DNA of 64,000 nucleotides, from positions 1-64,000 of the IMG/VR virus record IMGVR_UViG_3300032303_002003. One strand, written 5' to 3'. Below, piece after piece: positions 1 through 10,635 of this stretch. Position numbers and translations under genes: made by a program. The notes beneath the pieces were generated by a model, which saw nothing but the letters and a program-made list of their open reading frames with translations, was not told the origin of the DNA and did not search any database. The first letter of the stretch is position 1, and each line of letters opens with the position of its first letter. The DNA is from a virus (lineage: Duplodnaviria; Caudoviricetes).

Positions 1-51
1 ATACTAGTTTTAGAATTAATTTTAATATTTGACTTAATTGTTATACTCATT

Positions 52-3000
52 TTATATTATTTGAATCCAACCAAATGATTTATTTATATATAATCCTTCA
101 TCACCATCCGTTTGATATACCATTAACCCAGTTGCAGGACTTGTTATTGCATTTCTTTGTGCCTCCGTCATTCTTGGTGGTAAAAACCCTTGTGTTGTTG
201 ACGAAGCTTCAAGTACTGCCGATGAATTAATTGAGCCCGAACCAGCAAATACAGTATTTGCGGTTAATCCACTTGTAAATGTTTTTTGTCCTGAGATTGT
301 TTCATTTCCTGTTGTACCTACCTTACCATTTAATTGTGTTTGTATATCAGATGTAACCCCTGTTAGATAAGTAAACGTTCCTGCAGTATAACTATTACCA
401 TCTGTTCTTGTAAAAGTTAATATACCTGTAGAGTTATTATAAGTTCCACCCGTTGTATAGTTTGGAACACCCGTACCAAATGTTGTTGTTGCGTATGAGT
501 AATATAATGAACCTTCGGTAACTAATGTTAATGTACTTGTTGATGTTCCGTTATTTGTTCCTTTGATTACAACCAATATTCTATCAGTTAAATCTAAACT
601 TGTACCACTATAATAAACATCACTTAACGCCATTCTTGGTGCTGGACTAACTCCATCAACAGTTGCTGGGTCGGTTGTGAATAATAATGTTTCAGTTCCA
701 CCTGATGTTCTCTTATATACTTGGGCGTATGCGGTAAAACTATCACCAACATTTGTTTTATATGTGTGTAAATAAAAACTCCATACACCTGCCGGTAATA
801 AATTAACACTTGGATAACCTACCGGTGATAAGAAAGATGCAAGTGTTGATGTAACACCACTACTTATACTTGTTCCCGTTGTCTGTTGTGCCGCGGTTGT
901 TGCAACCGGACTAAATTCTTTATATGGTGTTTGTGTGTTAGATAAGTTTAAGAAATATACTTGTCCTCCACCACCTGAGCCACCAAGTCCTGTTATTGTA
1001 CTTAATGTACCTGAACCTGCCAATGTGATTACACCATTTGAATATGTTCCACCTGTTGCAGCATTTGGTGTGTATGTTGTTGTTCCACCTGTACTATAAT
1101 ATGATGTTAATACATTACTTGATTGTGTTGTTGCACTTATGTATTTTGGTAATCCATAATAAGTTGTTCCCGATATTGTTGGTGCAGATACACTACTACC
1201 TGATATTAAACCGTCCGCCCTAATAAATGATGTAGCACCTGTTGTTGCAGATGGAATACCCTCTAATAAATTCGTTATGTTATCGGCATTACCCGTTCCA
1301 TTTTTAATACTTAATCCGTCTAATGTTGAGTTAATAACAATTTCAGGGTTGGTTGAGTTTTCATATGCTTGTTGTAAAGTTGTTGTTGATATACCTCCCG
1401 TTCCACCTAATAATTCACCAAATTTAGATACAAATCTAAATTGAGCATCCGTGGTGAGTGATAAATCACTAGCATCCTCACGAACTGTTAATATACCAAT
1501 TAAAATCCCATTATCTCTATTATTTGAAAACTCAACATACACTTCAGTATCTATACCAGCAATTGCGTTTGCCATAGTTGAATATGAAAACTGCCCGTAT
1601 TGTATTCTTATTAACCCTGTTGGAAATAAATAAACCCTTTGATTTGTCGCTCTATTATTACCACCAACGGCAACAATACTACCGTTTAAATCATAGTGGT
1701 GACCATCAATTGTTGTTGTATTTCCTGTTGGTGCAGCAGGTAAACCTGTAGAACCCGTTATTGAACCATATCTTGAACGATATTGGAATGTTGTTGGAGT
1801 TGTCCCTGAAATATAAACACTATCAGGATTTTGTTGATTTGTATACCAACCAATGCCATTACCCCATAAATATCCTGCCGATGTTTGGATATTCAAAGTA
1901 TTAGCACTATAATAAGATACAATAACACCTTGATTAATAAGTTTAATTGGTGTCCACAAATCACGAAGTGCTGCCATAGGACTTACATCAAAATCAACAG
2001 TATTATTTATACTTGTTATTGTACTTCTATTTGGATGAACCACCTTACCTAAAAATATATTCTCTCTTCTTTGTTGTGGTGTTGGAAATGTTGTTTGTTG
2101 AACTAATGTCGCACCACTATTAATTAAAATGTATGTGGCATCAGCACTTGTTAAATAAGTTAAAAGTATATTTGTTCCACCTGTATAATAAATGTTTGTT
2201 ACATCAGGTTGTGTTGCATATGTGTATGTGTTTTTAACAATCCAACCTCTTGCATACGCAACGTTAATTGTTTGACCCGTTCCTTGAGTCATTCCCGTAT
2301 ATTCATATACGCCACCCGAAATAACATTACCCTCAAGAATATTTCTTTCTTTATCCGTTAATGATAAATTACTATCTTCATTATTGATATTAACATATAT
2401 TCTACCTACCGATGAACCCGTTTGAAGAACATAACCTATTTCATTTGTTCTTGCAGTAAATGATAATGACGCAGTTGACGCGACATAACCACCAGGTGTT
2501 ATATCAGACAAATATAATGTATCACCATTTGCAAATCCGTTAATTGTTATTCCACTTAATATACCATTATTTAAAACCAACCCTTCACTACCATTTGGTA
2601 TATTTTCTGCCGCCAATCCTATTGGACGAGCAGATGTAATCCCGTGTGTGTTAACCGCAAGTATTGCACTTGGTAAATTATTTGATGTTCCCGTAATTGC
2701 AATTACCTTTCCTTTATCTATTTGAACTCCCGTAGCATTCCAAACTCTTGTATAGAGTTGTTGTCCCATCGCAATTGGAACTTGATTATTTGAAATATCA
2801 AAATATGATAATGCTTTTTGGGTCGTATCAAAAAATACTCTACCCGCAACCGATGACGGATTTGTGGTACCCGTTGTAAAATCAATATATTGTGTTTGAG
2901 ATATTGTATTTGCGGTTACCCCACTTTGGAATGCCGTACCACCCGTTACAGTTCCTCCACTTAAAGGGAGATATGCACCTGATGTAGATGTATTACCTGT

Positions 3001-4719
3001 ATATGCAGATAAACTAATGGTAAATGAAGAATATCCATCAGTTCTATTTTGAGTAAGAGTTATTGTATTAGATGATAATGTAAATCCTGTAACAAAAGTG
3101 TCGGGGTAATTGTAATATGTTGTTGCAGATATTGTATTTGCGGTTAAACCATTTGTAAAATTTGTATCACCACTTACAGTACCTCCCGTAAATGCCGATG
3201 ATGTTGTACCCGTAAAATTAATTCCAAAGTTTGGATAATCACTGACAATCTGTATATTTGTTCCACCCGTAATAACAACATCTTTATCAGGTGCGGTATT
3301 AATTATTGTAATATCACCCGTTGTCGTATCACCCGATAATCCCGAACTCGCAGTCACCGAATTAACACCTGTAGGTCCAGGAGGACCTGCTGGGCCATTA
3401 AAAACATAAGATATTGTGAATTCTTTACCATTAGTAAACGTTCCGTTAGAACTCGCATAAATAAAAGTTATTGTAAAATATGTTGTATTATTTGTGACGG
3501 TCTGTATAAAATAGTTACCAGTATTATTTGTATTTCCAACCTCTTGAATTTGTAAAAATCCGTCTTGAAGATTGATTCTATAGTTTTGCATCAAGGCAAA
3601 CCAATAATAATAGTCGGCATTTGTTGATGCGGTAATACTAATATCAACAGATGTTAATGCGGAAAAGTCGGTAGATGTTGTATAAAAATAATTTGGATTT
3701 GGAGGATTTGTTATATTATCAAGTATCCATCTTCCTGAGTTTGCACCGTCATTACCACTTGTTGTATTTCCTGTTAATCCTGATATTGGATACGTGTGTA
3801 AAATACCACTATTATCTATTGTAACTACATTACTATCTGTAGATGAAGTTACCCCTGTTATTGTTAATGTATTGGTAGTTAGTCCTGATTGAAATATGGT
3901 ATTACCCGTTACAGTACCCCCACTTAATGGAAGATACGCACCTGATGTAGATGATGAGCCCGTATATGCAGATAAACTTATTGTGAACGCCGAATATTCA
4001 TCCGTTCTATTTTGAGATAATGTTATTACATTATTTGTTAAACTAAAACCTGTTACTTTTGTATCTGCACTTTCAGGTAAGTTATAATAAGTTGTTGCGG
4101 AAACAGTTACTGCAGTAAAATAATTTACTACGATTGTATCTCCCGAATATGTATTTGCAGTAATACTACCTGAAGTTATATTTGTAGAATTTACAATAGT
4201 TAAGGTAGATGCTGAAATAGTATCGGCAGATAAATTACCCGTAACTACTGAATTTGATGTTACATCACCTGTTACGGTAATTCCCACTTCATTATATAGC
4301 CTTCCAATCATTTCACCACCCGCAATTGGTACAAAAGGGCCTGAAGTGCCTCCTGTATAAACTATTGTGACTGCACCTGTTGAAGAATTCGCAGATAAAC
4401 CCTCGCCAACCGTAATACTTGTTACACCTGATGATGGAGTTGCAGCACTTGCGGGTGCCCAAGCGGCATTACCACTCCCATCACTTGTCAACACATAACC
4501 AGGCTGTTGATTACCATCAACAAAGGTAAAACCTGTGTATATTGTAAGACCTGAGGTGAAAATTGGATTAACCAAAAAATCGCCATTTATTCTATACATA
4601 ACACCGGTAACAGTATCTGCTTGAACAACATATTGATAACTGTCTCTAATCAGTTGATTTGAAATGTCTGATTTTCCGTATGGAGGTGCCATATTATTAT
4701 TAAAAAAAGGATTATTCAT
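52..4719 (-). CDS. Large Ser/Thr/Gly-rich tail fibre / virion fibre protein
   Basis: 1555 aa; repeated YLPLSGGTVTG fibre-type motif, collagen-like GPAGPPGPTG, C-terminal STTQGFLPPRMTEAQRNAI-SPATGLMVYQTD module typical of fibre and Bacteroidota surface proteins. Confidence 0.7.
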   Translation of the reverse strand: MNNPFFNNNMAPPYGKSDISNQLIRDSYQYVVQADTVTGVMYRINGDFLVNPIFTSGLTIYTGFTFVDGNQQPGYVLTSDGSGNAAWAPASAATPSSGVTSITVGEGLSANSSTGAVTIVYTGGTSGPFVPIAGGEMIGRLYNEVGITVTGDVTSNSVVTGNLSADTISASTLTIVNSTNITSGSITANTYSGDTIVVNYFTAVTVSATTYYNLPESADTKVTGFSLTNNVITLSQNRTDEYSAFTISLSAYTGSSSTSGAYLPLSGGTVTGNTIFQSGLTTNTLTITGVTSSTDSNVVTIDNSGILHTYPISGLTGNTTSGNDGANSGRWILDNITNPPNPNYFYTTSTDFSALTSVDISITASTNADYYYWFALMQNYRINLQDGFLQIQEVGNTNNTGNYFIQTVTNNTTYFTITFIYASSNGTFTNGKEFTISYVFNGPAGPPGPTGVNSVTASSGLSGDTTTGDITIINTAPDKDVVITGGTNIQIVSDYPNFGINFTGTTSSAFTGGTVSGDTNFTNGLTANTISATTYYNYPDTFVTGFTLSSNTITLTQNRTDGYSSFTISLSAYTGNTSTSGAYLPLSGGTVTGGTAFQSGVTANTISQTQYIDFTTGTTNPSSVAGRVFFDTTQKALSYFDISNNQVPIAMGQQLYTRVWNATGVQIDKGKVIAITGTSNNLPSAILAVNTHGITSARPIGLAAENIPNGSEGLVLNNGILSGITINGFANGDTLYLSDITPGGYVASTASLSFTARTNEIGYVLQTGSSVGRIYVNINNEDSNLSLTDKERNILEGNVISGGVYEYTGMTQGTGQTINVAYARGWIVKNTYTYATQPDVTNIYYTGGTNILLTYLTSADATYILINSGATLVQQTTFPTPQQRRENIFLGKVVHPNRSTITSINNTVDFDVSPMAALRDLWTPIKLINQGVIVSYYSANTLNIQTSAGYLWGNGIGWYTNQQNPDSVYISGTTPTTFQYRSRYGSITGSTGLPAAPTGNTTTIDGHHYDLNGSIVAVGGNNRATNQRVYLFPTGLIRIQYGQFSYSTMANAIAGIDTEVYVEFSNNRDNGILIGILTVREDASDLSLTTDAQFRFVSKFGELLGGTGGISTTTLQQAYENSTNPEIVINSTLDGLSIKNGTGNADNITNLLEGIPSATTGATSFIRADGLISGSSVSAPTISGTTYYGLPKYISATTQSSNVLTSYYSTGGTTTYTPNAATGGTYSNGVITLAGSGTLSTITGLGGSGGGGQVYFLNLSNTQTPYKEFSPVATTAAQQTTGTSISSGVTSTLASFLSPVGYPSVNLLPAGVWSFYLHTYKTNVGDSFTAYAQVYKRTSGGTETLLFTTDPATVDGVSPAPRMALSDVYYSGTSLDLTDRILVVIKGTNNGTSTSTLTLVTEGSLYYSYATTTFGTGVPNYTTGGTYNNSTGILTFTRTDGNSYTAGTFTYLTGVTSDIQTQLNGKVGTTGNETISGQKTFTSGLTANTVFAGSGSINSSAVLEASSTTQGFLPPRMTEAQRNAITSPATGLMVYQTDGDEGLYINKSFGWIQII
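2905..4100 (-). repeat. Internal ~75-aa duplication in fibre gene (copies ~3868-4100 and ~2905-3130)
   Basis: SATTYYN..DT.VTGF.L..N.ITL.QNRTD.YS.FTISLSAYTG..STSGAYLPLSGGTVTG.T.FQSG.T.NT occurs twice. Confidence 0.85.
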
Positions 4720-4740
4720 TTAATTTTACAATTAATTCGT

Positions 4741-4752
4741 TATTTATAAATA
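4741..4752. promoter_or_regulatory. Divergent pair of putative late promoter elements (TATTTATAAATA)
   Basis: TATTTAT on both strands between divergent ORFs starting at 4719(-) and 4755(+); motif recurs before ~24 genes. Confidence 0.6.
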
Positions 4753-4754
4753 CT

Positions 4755-5072
4755 ATGAGTTCAATTTGTTATCGCTGGGATGATACGCCGTTTCCGTGGA
4801 ATGAGTGCCCTTTCACTTGGAAAGAAGGCTGTATTATCGAAAAATTGGTTGGTTATGGTGCGGCGCCCGTTAGACAAAGGATAAAAAAATTAACTGACGA
4901 TGAAAAAGAAACTTTAATACAATTATTTGTAAGACTTGATGTAGACGAATTAATTTTTGAAACAACTCAAAACAAACAAAAAAATAAAAAAGTTAAAATA
5001 AAATTAAAAGATATTGAGGTGTTAATGAAAGAACAAAAAATTATTAAAGTCAATGTTAAAATTAATGAATAA
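4755..5072 (+). CDS. Hypothetical protein
   Basis: 105-aa ORF preceded by TATTTAT. Confidence 0.7.
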   Translation: MSSICYRWDDTPFPWNECPFTWKEGCIIEKLVGYGAAPVRQRIKKLTDDEKETLIQLFVRLDVDELIFETTQNKQKNKKVKIKLKDIEVLMKEQKIIKVNVKINE

Positions 5073-5089
5073 AGATATATTTATATCAT

Positions 5090-5539
5090 ATGGCATACAA
5101 TTTATATACTGACAAACCAAACAAATTCAATTGTAATATTGAAATTGAAGGAACTTCTTTAGCAAAGTCTAAAGTAAGAGTTGTTGTTGAAACAGACGAA
5201 ATGTCTTATATGTTCAACGGAACTATTGAAAATAATGGATTATGTGAAGTTACAATTCCAAAAACCAAACATTTTTTACCTGAAGGAACAAAAGGTAATA
5301 TGAGATTGGAAGTAATTGCCGATGATGTGTATTTTGAACCTTGGAATTCAGATTTCAACGTTAAAACAAATAAAAAAGTTAATGTTGTTGTTACAGAACA
5401 AGTTGAAGATAAACCTAAATTAAAAGTTCAAGTTTTTGAACAAAAAGAAGAAAAACCAATTTTAAAATCCAAACCGATTGAAAAACCTAAAACTTTCCAA
5501 ATGACTAAAGCTGACTTACTCAAAAGATTTAATAGATAA
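5090..5539 (+). CDS. Hypothetical protein (beta-rich N-terminal domain)
   Basis: 149-aa ORF, TATTTAT 5 nt upstream, terminator downstream. Confidence 0.75.
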   Translation: MAYNLYTDKPNKFNCNIEIEGTSLAKSKVRVVVETDEMSYMFNGTIENNGLCEVTIPKTKHFLPEGTKGNMRLEVIADDVYFEPWNSDFNVKTNKKVNVVVTEQVEDKPKLKVQVFEQKEEKPILKSKPIEKPKTFQMTKADLLKRFNR

Positions 5540-5568
5540 AAAAAATCCCACCTAAATGGTGGGTTTTT
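5538..5568. terminator. Bidirectional intrinsic terminator
   Basis: CCCACC-taaat-GGTGGG hairpin flanked by A and T runs between convergent genes. Confidence 0.8.
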
Positions 5569-5571
5569 AAT

Positions 5572-7929
5572 TTATTCACATATTGGACAATCGGGGTCTA
5601 ACAGACTATATTTACTCTTTAAGATACTAAAATTATGTGCGATTTGTGCCGCGTTTAATGATTCAGTATAAAATCTAAATGCACTCATATCACCAATAAA
5701 ACTACCACCAAAATATTCCTCTAAATGTATTTTTGTTTCTAACCCGACAAATGTTGTTGCAGATAAAACATTTGTTGGCAAACATTCGGGGTCTTGTTGT
5801 GTAAAATAATAATAGGGATATTCAGGACATCCTAAAAATGTTAAATTATCTTTAAGTCCTTGAGTACCTCCTCCTAATGAAATATTAAATGGAACCCCAA
5901 TTTGTTTTTCTTTTTCTGTGTTTAATGGTCTTGGTATTATTTCTTCAAAATCCTCAATAACCATAAATAATTTGCCATTAACATAAATTTTAAATTTACC
6001 CTTTCTATATTTGGTTTCATCAATCCATTGTTCATTTAAATTAACAACATTAACTTTTACAGGGTTATATGGCACATCGTGTGTTATTGGTGGTTTAACC
6101 AAACTAACACTATTATTAGCACTCGTTGCGGTAAAAACATTTTTAACTATTAAATCTAACCCACCCTTATATTTTAAATCACAATCATCAAGGTATGTGT
6201 CTCTGACAAAAACGGCATTGATTTGAACCCAATTTTCTTTATCCATATACGTTGAAAATTCACAGTCATCAAATATACCTGCTGTTGAGCACCATTCATT
6301 TAGAGATGTTCCTGTCGTATAAGTTATTCCCGTTGTTTCACAAGAACCAGTAGTTTCACATCCTCCAGTAATTCTAAATGTTTTTACACAAACTCTTGGA
6401 TTTCCTGTATCACCACTTAACCTTACTGATAAAGCATTTGAAACACTATCAAAAATAGGGTCTAATTGTTCTGTACTTGCGGTTACAGTTAATCCGCATC
6501 CACAAGAACATAGGTTGTTTGTTGATGTAACCGCAGATTGTTGATACACAAAACCACAATTTGATTGAGTTACTGCTGAGTCAGAACAAGCACAAGTATT
6601 TAAACAATCTAAACCATCTGTAACCCTAAAAAAATTATTATTAGTAAATGCAGTTAAATTTCTTGTTTCTTGGCCTAAAGAAAATTGGTAGGCGGATAAC
6701 CCTGAAAATGGTAAATTTCTTTTGACTAATGGGTCATTTAAATATTCTCCCCCAACCCAATTAATGTTATCGTTCCATAATGTTTTACCTGAACTTGTCA
6801 ATGTTACAGTTATTGGGCTATATGAAAATAAAGGGGCAAACCCTCCTGCATCTAACAATGTATATTGATTATTTGGTGCGACAATAAGAATACCCAAATC
6901 ACCAGGATAAGAATGATAAAAATTATTTAATGTTATTGAAATACTTTCAATATTTTCTGTAACACCAGTCACATCAAAAGTTACTGGGTAAATAGACGCA
7001 ATATCTAAATCAGGTATTGAAATTTTTGTATTCGCACTAAATTCACTACAAATACCTGAATGACAAATATTCAATACTATTGAATCAGTTGAGCCACTAT
7101 CCTGACCAACAAAATCTTCGATATATAACTTCCAAGACCCATTATAGTTTATTTTAGGACTACCATTGGAAAAATGATAAAACTTATTTTCTGCTCTGGC
7201 TCCCATATAAAAGAAAATTCCTTTATTCTCAGGGTATCTATCATTCAACCCTATGTCAGTATTTCCTGTCCATCTGTATCGCAATAAAAATTCTGTAGAC
7301 CATCCTTGATTATATCTTTCAGGTAAAACCTGATAATCATAGTCAAATAATTTATAAAATCCCTGATAAAAACCCCCATTAAACGTTACATAAGTTCCTG
7401 TACTACTTGTTGACCCCGTTGTAATATCGTAAGTGTAAGAGTTATCGTTTAATAATCTATTTGATGGTGTTGTAAATCCTGTTACAGGGTGCATTTTAAA
7501 TCTTCTATCATAATAATATCTATTATAAATTTGACTATCGTAGATGTATAATCCACTATTAACTTCGATAGTTTCTCCCGTCAACCCTTGAACTAATCCG
7601 TTATCAACACCTGTTAATCCAACATCACATAATGTGGTTAGTTTACCACAAGTTATTAAATCCAAATTTTCAGGATTCCAATAATTTTCAGATACGATAA
7701 CATCTGATTCCCAATCTCCACAAGCAATACATTTTGATGTGATATCACTATTAAAGTCAAAACTTATTGGCATTCTATTACCATCACCATATCCAACTAT
7801 ATAAGAGGAGAAAAGAACTTCTTTATCGTAGTCATTTTCATCTGATGCTAATGATACATCGGTTATCTCACCCGATGGTTTAAGGTAAAACTTATTAAAT
7901 ACGTACTGATTTATATTTTGATAAGACAT
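5572..7929 (-). CDS. Putative virion protein, LamG/ConA-like with inserted P-domain-like module
   Basis: C-terminal KIYVNGKL...FIGDMSAFRFYTESLNAAQIAHNF (LamG-like); internal HSYPGDLGILIVAPN; Cys-rich; TATTTAT upstream. Confidence 0.55.
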   Translation of the reverse strand: MSYQNINQYVFNKFYLKPSGEITDVSLASDENDYDKEVLFSSYIVGYGDGNRMPISFDFNSDITSKCIACGDWESDVIVSENYWNPENLDLITCGKLTTLCDVGLTGVDNGLVQGLTGETIEVNSGLYIYDSQIYNRYYYDRRFKMHPVTGFTTPSNRLLNDNSYTYDITTGSTSSTGTYVTFNGGFYQGFYKLFDYDYQVLPERYNQGWSTEFLLRYRWTGNTDIGLNDRYPENKGIFFYMGARAENKFYHFSNGSPKINYNGSWKLYIEDFVGQDSGSTDSIVLNICHSGICSEFSANTKISIPDLDIASIYPVTFDVTGVTENIESISITLNNFYHSYPGDLGILIVAPNNQYTLLDAGGFAPLFSYSPITVTLTSSGKTLWNDNINWVGGEYLNDPLVKRNLPFSGLSAYQFSLGQETRNLTAFTNNNFFRVTDGLDCLNTCACSDSAVTQSNCGFVYQQSAVTSTNNLCSCGCGLTVTASTEQLDPIFDSVSNALSVRLSGDTGNPRVCVKTFRITGGCETTGSCETTGITYTTGTSLNEWCSTAGIFDDCEFSTYMDKENWVQINAVFVRDTYLDDCDLKYKGGLDLIVKNVFTATSANNSVSLVKPPITHDVPYNPVKVNVVNLNEQWIDETKYRKGKFKIYVNGKLFMVIEDFEEIIPRPLNTEKEKQIGVPFNISLGGGTQGLKDNLTFLGCPEYPYYYFTQQDPECLPTNVLSATTFVGLETKIHLEEYFGGSFIGDMSAFRFYTESLNAAQIAHNFSILKSKYSLLDPDCPICE

Positions 7930-7978
7930 AATATAGATAAATACTTTTTTTTCAGGTATTTATATTAAAAGAAAAAAA

Positions 7979-8809
7979 ATGATTATTAATAATAAAGAAT
8001 TTTATTCGTCTCCTTATTATTTCTTTTTAAAAGAAACTAAAGATAAATATTCTTTATATTTCTCTGTTGAGGAAACATTAACCGAAGCAAGAAAAAAAGA
8101 TAGTTTAGTTCAGTTTCATAAGGACAAAGAAAAAGAAGTAAAAACTTATTTAAAAAATATCTTGAAAAAAAGTGAAAAAAAATCAACTCAAGATATTAAA
8201 GGTGAGTTGGAAGAATTAGTTAACGCTGATGGAGGGTTATCAAGTTCAAGAATACCAATACTTGACCCAAAGATGCACCCTAAAAAAACAATGGACCAAA
8301 CTATTGCGGCGGCAAGAATAACCAATGACCCCATCACAAGAGGTTATAGAACATATTTTGGTGAGAGTGAATTAAGTGAAGAAGATATGTCAGACGCATT
8401 TGGGTTTAAAGAAACAAAAGATTTGGATGGAAAAGAAACATTTAAGTATTTTCTTAAAAAATTAGAAATGGAGCCTGAAGATGCGAAGAAAAGAACTGAA
8501 CAACAAGGTAAAAAAATATCATTTGATAAAAACGGTAAAGTTTTTGATAAAATGAGTGATAAGTCTGAATATAAAGATGACCCAGATTTTATAGCAAGAC
8601 AAATTTTACCCGAAATACAAAAACAAAAAGCGATTAAAGTCTTGGAAGATATATTGGTTAATAAAAAAAATAAAGATACGGACATAGGTGATAAAGAACC
8701 AAAAAAGATTTCAAATATTGTAAAAAAGAATTTGAACACATTAAAAAAACAGGCAGAAAAAGAAGGACTTTCAATTTCTGAATTGATTAAAATGTTAAAA
8801 GGTGAATAA
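7979..8809 (+). CDS. Hypothetical charged protein (possible head/core protein)
   Basis: 276-aa ORF, TATTTAT upstream, LxE motifs (LTE, LSE). Confidence 0.7.
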   Translation: MIINNKEFYSSPYYFFLKETKDKYSLYFSVEETLTEARKKDSLVQFHKDKEKEVKTYLKNILKKSEKKSTQDIKGELEELVNADGGLSSSRIPILDPKMHPKKTMDQTIAAARITNDPITRGYRTYFGESELSEEDMSDAFGFKETKDLDGKETFKYFLKKLEMEPEDAKKRTEQQGKKISFDKNGKVFDKMSDKSEYKDDPDFIARQILPEIQKQKAIKVLEDILVNKKNKDTDIGDKEPKKISNIVKKNLNTLKKQAEKEGLSISELIKMLKGE

Positions 8810-9266
8810 AGAATTATACGATAAGAAAATTGTTTTTCCTGATGAAATGAGGGAACATATGAGATTATCACATCGTAGCGCAAAAGATGCGGATAAAAAT
8901 GGTGAAGGGTATAAAAGAAATCAGGAATTACAAGGACAAAAATCTCTCACTTATCAACAATTAAAAAGAATAAAAAACTTCTTTGATAATTTTAAAGGTA
9001 AAGATGTTGACCACGAATTTATATTAAATGGTGGTGTTAAAATGAAAAATTGGGTCGATAATGAGTTGAGAAGAATGAGAGAGGGAATATTTATGACTAA
9101 TCACAATAAGTCAGAAACAGGAATGCAAAACCAACACATTCAAACACATAGTAAAGATGGTATAGATGTTAGACCATCAAAAGAACACTCGAGAACCGTA
9201 GACAAATATAATGAGGCGGTTACTGAAAGTTTAAAACGAATAAACGAATTAATATCAAAAATATAA
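8802..9266 (+). CDS. Hypothetical protein (GTG start)
   Basis: 154 aa; GYKRNQEL..KSLTYQQLKRIKNFF..GG..MKNW resembles a small domain seen in phage head proteins; overlaps upstream stop. Confidence 0.65.
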   Translation: MNKELYDKKIVFPDEMREHMRLSHRSAKDADKNGEGYKRNQELQGQKSLTYQQLKRIKNFFDNFKGKDVDHEFILNGGVKMKNWVDNELRRMREGIFMTNHNKSETGMQNQHIQTHSKDGIDVRPSKEHSRTVDKYNEAVTESLKRINELISKI

Positions 9267-9270
9267 AAAT

Positions 9271-9570
9271 ATGCCAAGTCAATTACCAACAGATTTAAGT
9301 CAAAACGTTCCAAATCAAATGACTGCAGTTGCAGACCAAGAAAGACATAAATTATTCCCAAAAAATGATTATGTTGCAACCGCAGATGAATACTCCGTAA
9401 CAAACCCTGACGCAATTGCGGATGGTGATAATATGGGTAGAGGTACAGGACAATTTTTAGATGTATATAACGACGCAGCAGGAACGAGTGACGACATTCT
9501 TGAAAGAAGAAGTGAAATAAGAATTAATAAATATAAATCAAGTAATACTTATCCTGATTTCCCATACTAA
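9271..9570 (+). CDS. Hypothetical protein
   Basis: 99-aa ORF in tight operon. Confidence 0.7.
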   Translation: MPSQLPTDLSQNVPNQMTAVADQERHKLFPKNDYVATADEYSVTNPDAIADGDNMGRGTGQFLDVYNDAAGTSDDILERRSEIRINKYKSSNTYPDFPY

Positions 9571-9950
9571 TGAAACTTAACGAAACATTAAAAGATTTAA
9601 TTTGCGAAATTGCACACTTTGATAATGTTATTAACGCAATAAAAAACAAAGAAAAGTGTATAATCTACTATGATGGTGATGAACCTGGTGGTAGAGGACT
9701 TCGTATGATTGAACCTGTTTGTTTGGGTTCAAGTAAAAGAGGTAATAAAGTTTTAAGGGCTTGGGATTATGAAGGTGCCTCACATAGGGGGTATCTAAAG
9801 AAAAGACCTTTTCCTGGTTGGAGAATGTTTAGATTGGATAAAATACTTGTTTTTAGACCTACGGGAGAAAATTTTACAGAAATAAGACCTAATTTTAATC
9901 CAAATGGTGACAAATCTATGAAAAGTATTATCATTATATCACAATTTTAA
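9570..9950 (+). CDS. Stand-alone WYL-domain protein
   Basis: IYY...RMIEPVCLG...LRAWD...WRMFRLDKI pattern of WYL domains. Confidence 0.75.
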   Translation: MKLNETLKDLICEIAHFDNVINAIKNKEKCIIYYDGDEPGGRGLRMIEPVCLGSSKRGNKVLRAWDYEGASHRGYLKKRPFPGWRMFRLDKILVFRPTGENFTEIRPNFNPNGDKSMKSIIIISQF

Positions 9951-9954
9951 ATTT

Positions 9955-10542
9955 ATGAACGAACAAGAATTAATGCAAAAATTAGCTTTATCGAAAGCGA
10001 TAATGGATAAAAGTGAGTCAATAAAACCCGGCTCATTACCACAAACAAGTTTACAAGAGTTTGCGGCTCCAAACGCAAGATATAATATACCACAAGGGGT
10101 ATTAGATGAAGCAGTACAAACAGAACAACCATACCTATCATCTATACCAAATACAAAACCTGTTGGAGTACCGACAGCAGATGCAATTAAGAACTCAAAA
10201 TTACCTGATGAAATTAAAAGATTGATGATTGAACATCCAATCGCACAACCACAACAACAATCAACAACATTATCAAATGATTTAGTTGAAAGGGCTGCAA
10301 GATTAATGAAAGATAACAAATCAGGTTATGTTTCAGAACCAACAAAAAAAGAGACACCTCAAAAAACTTCAGGTTTTAATATGTCTCAAATTAAAGATAT
10401 GATTGAAGAGGCGGTTAATAACGCTCTCAGAGAAAACGGACTACTTGTTGAATCAACAGAAAAGGCTAATGAAGTTTTTTCATTTAAAGTCGGAAAACAT
10501 ATCTTTGAAGGTAAGGTAACAAAAATTAAAAAATTATCCTAA
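9955..10542 (+). CDS. Hypothetical protein
   Basis: 195-aa ORF, last in operon before terminator. Confidence 0.75.
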   Translation: MNEQELMQKLALSKAIMDKSESIKPGSLPQTSLQEFAAPNARYNIPQGVLDEAVQTEQPYLSSIPNTKPVGVPTADAIKNSKLPDEIKRLMIEHPIAQPQQQSTTLSNDLVERAARLMKDNKSGYVSEPTKKETPQKTSGFNMSQIKDMIEEAVNNALRENGLLVESTEKANEVFSFKVGKHIFEGKVTKIKKLS

Positions 10543-10561
10543 CTACTTTTAATATTTTATT

Positions 10562-10588
10562 AACCCCTCTTAAAAGGAGGGGTTTTTT
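10562..10588 (+). terminator. Intrinsic terminator
   Basis: AACCCCTC-N7-GAGGGGTT plus T-run. Confidence 0.8.
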
Positions 10589-10635
10589 ATTTAAATACTA
10601 TTTACCTTTTGACAGAACCTTTGATATTTATATGT

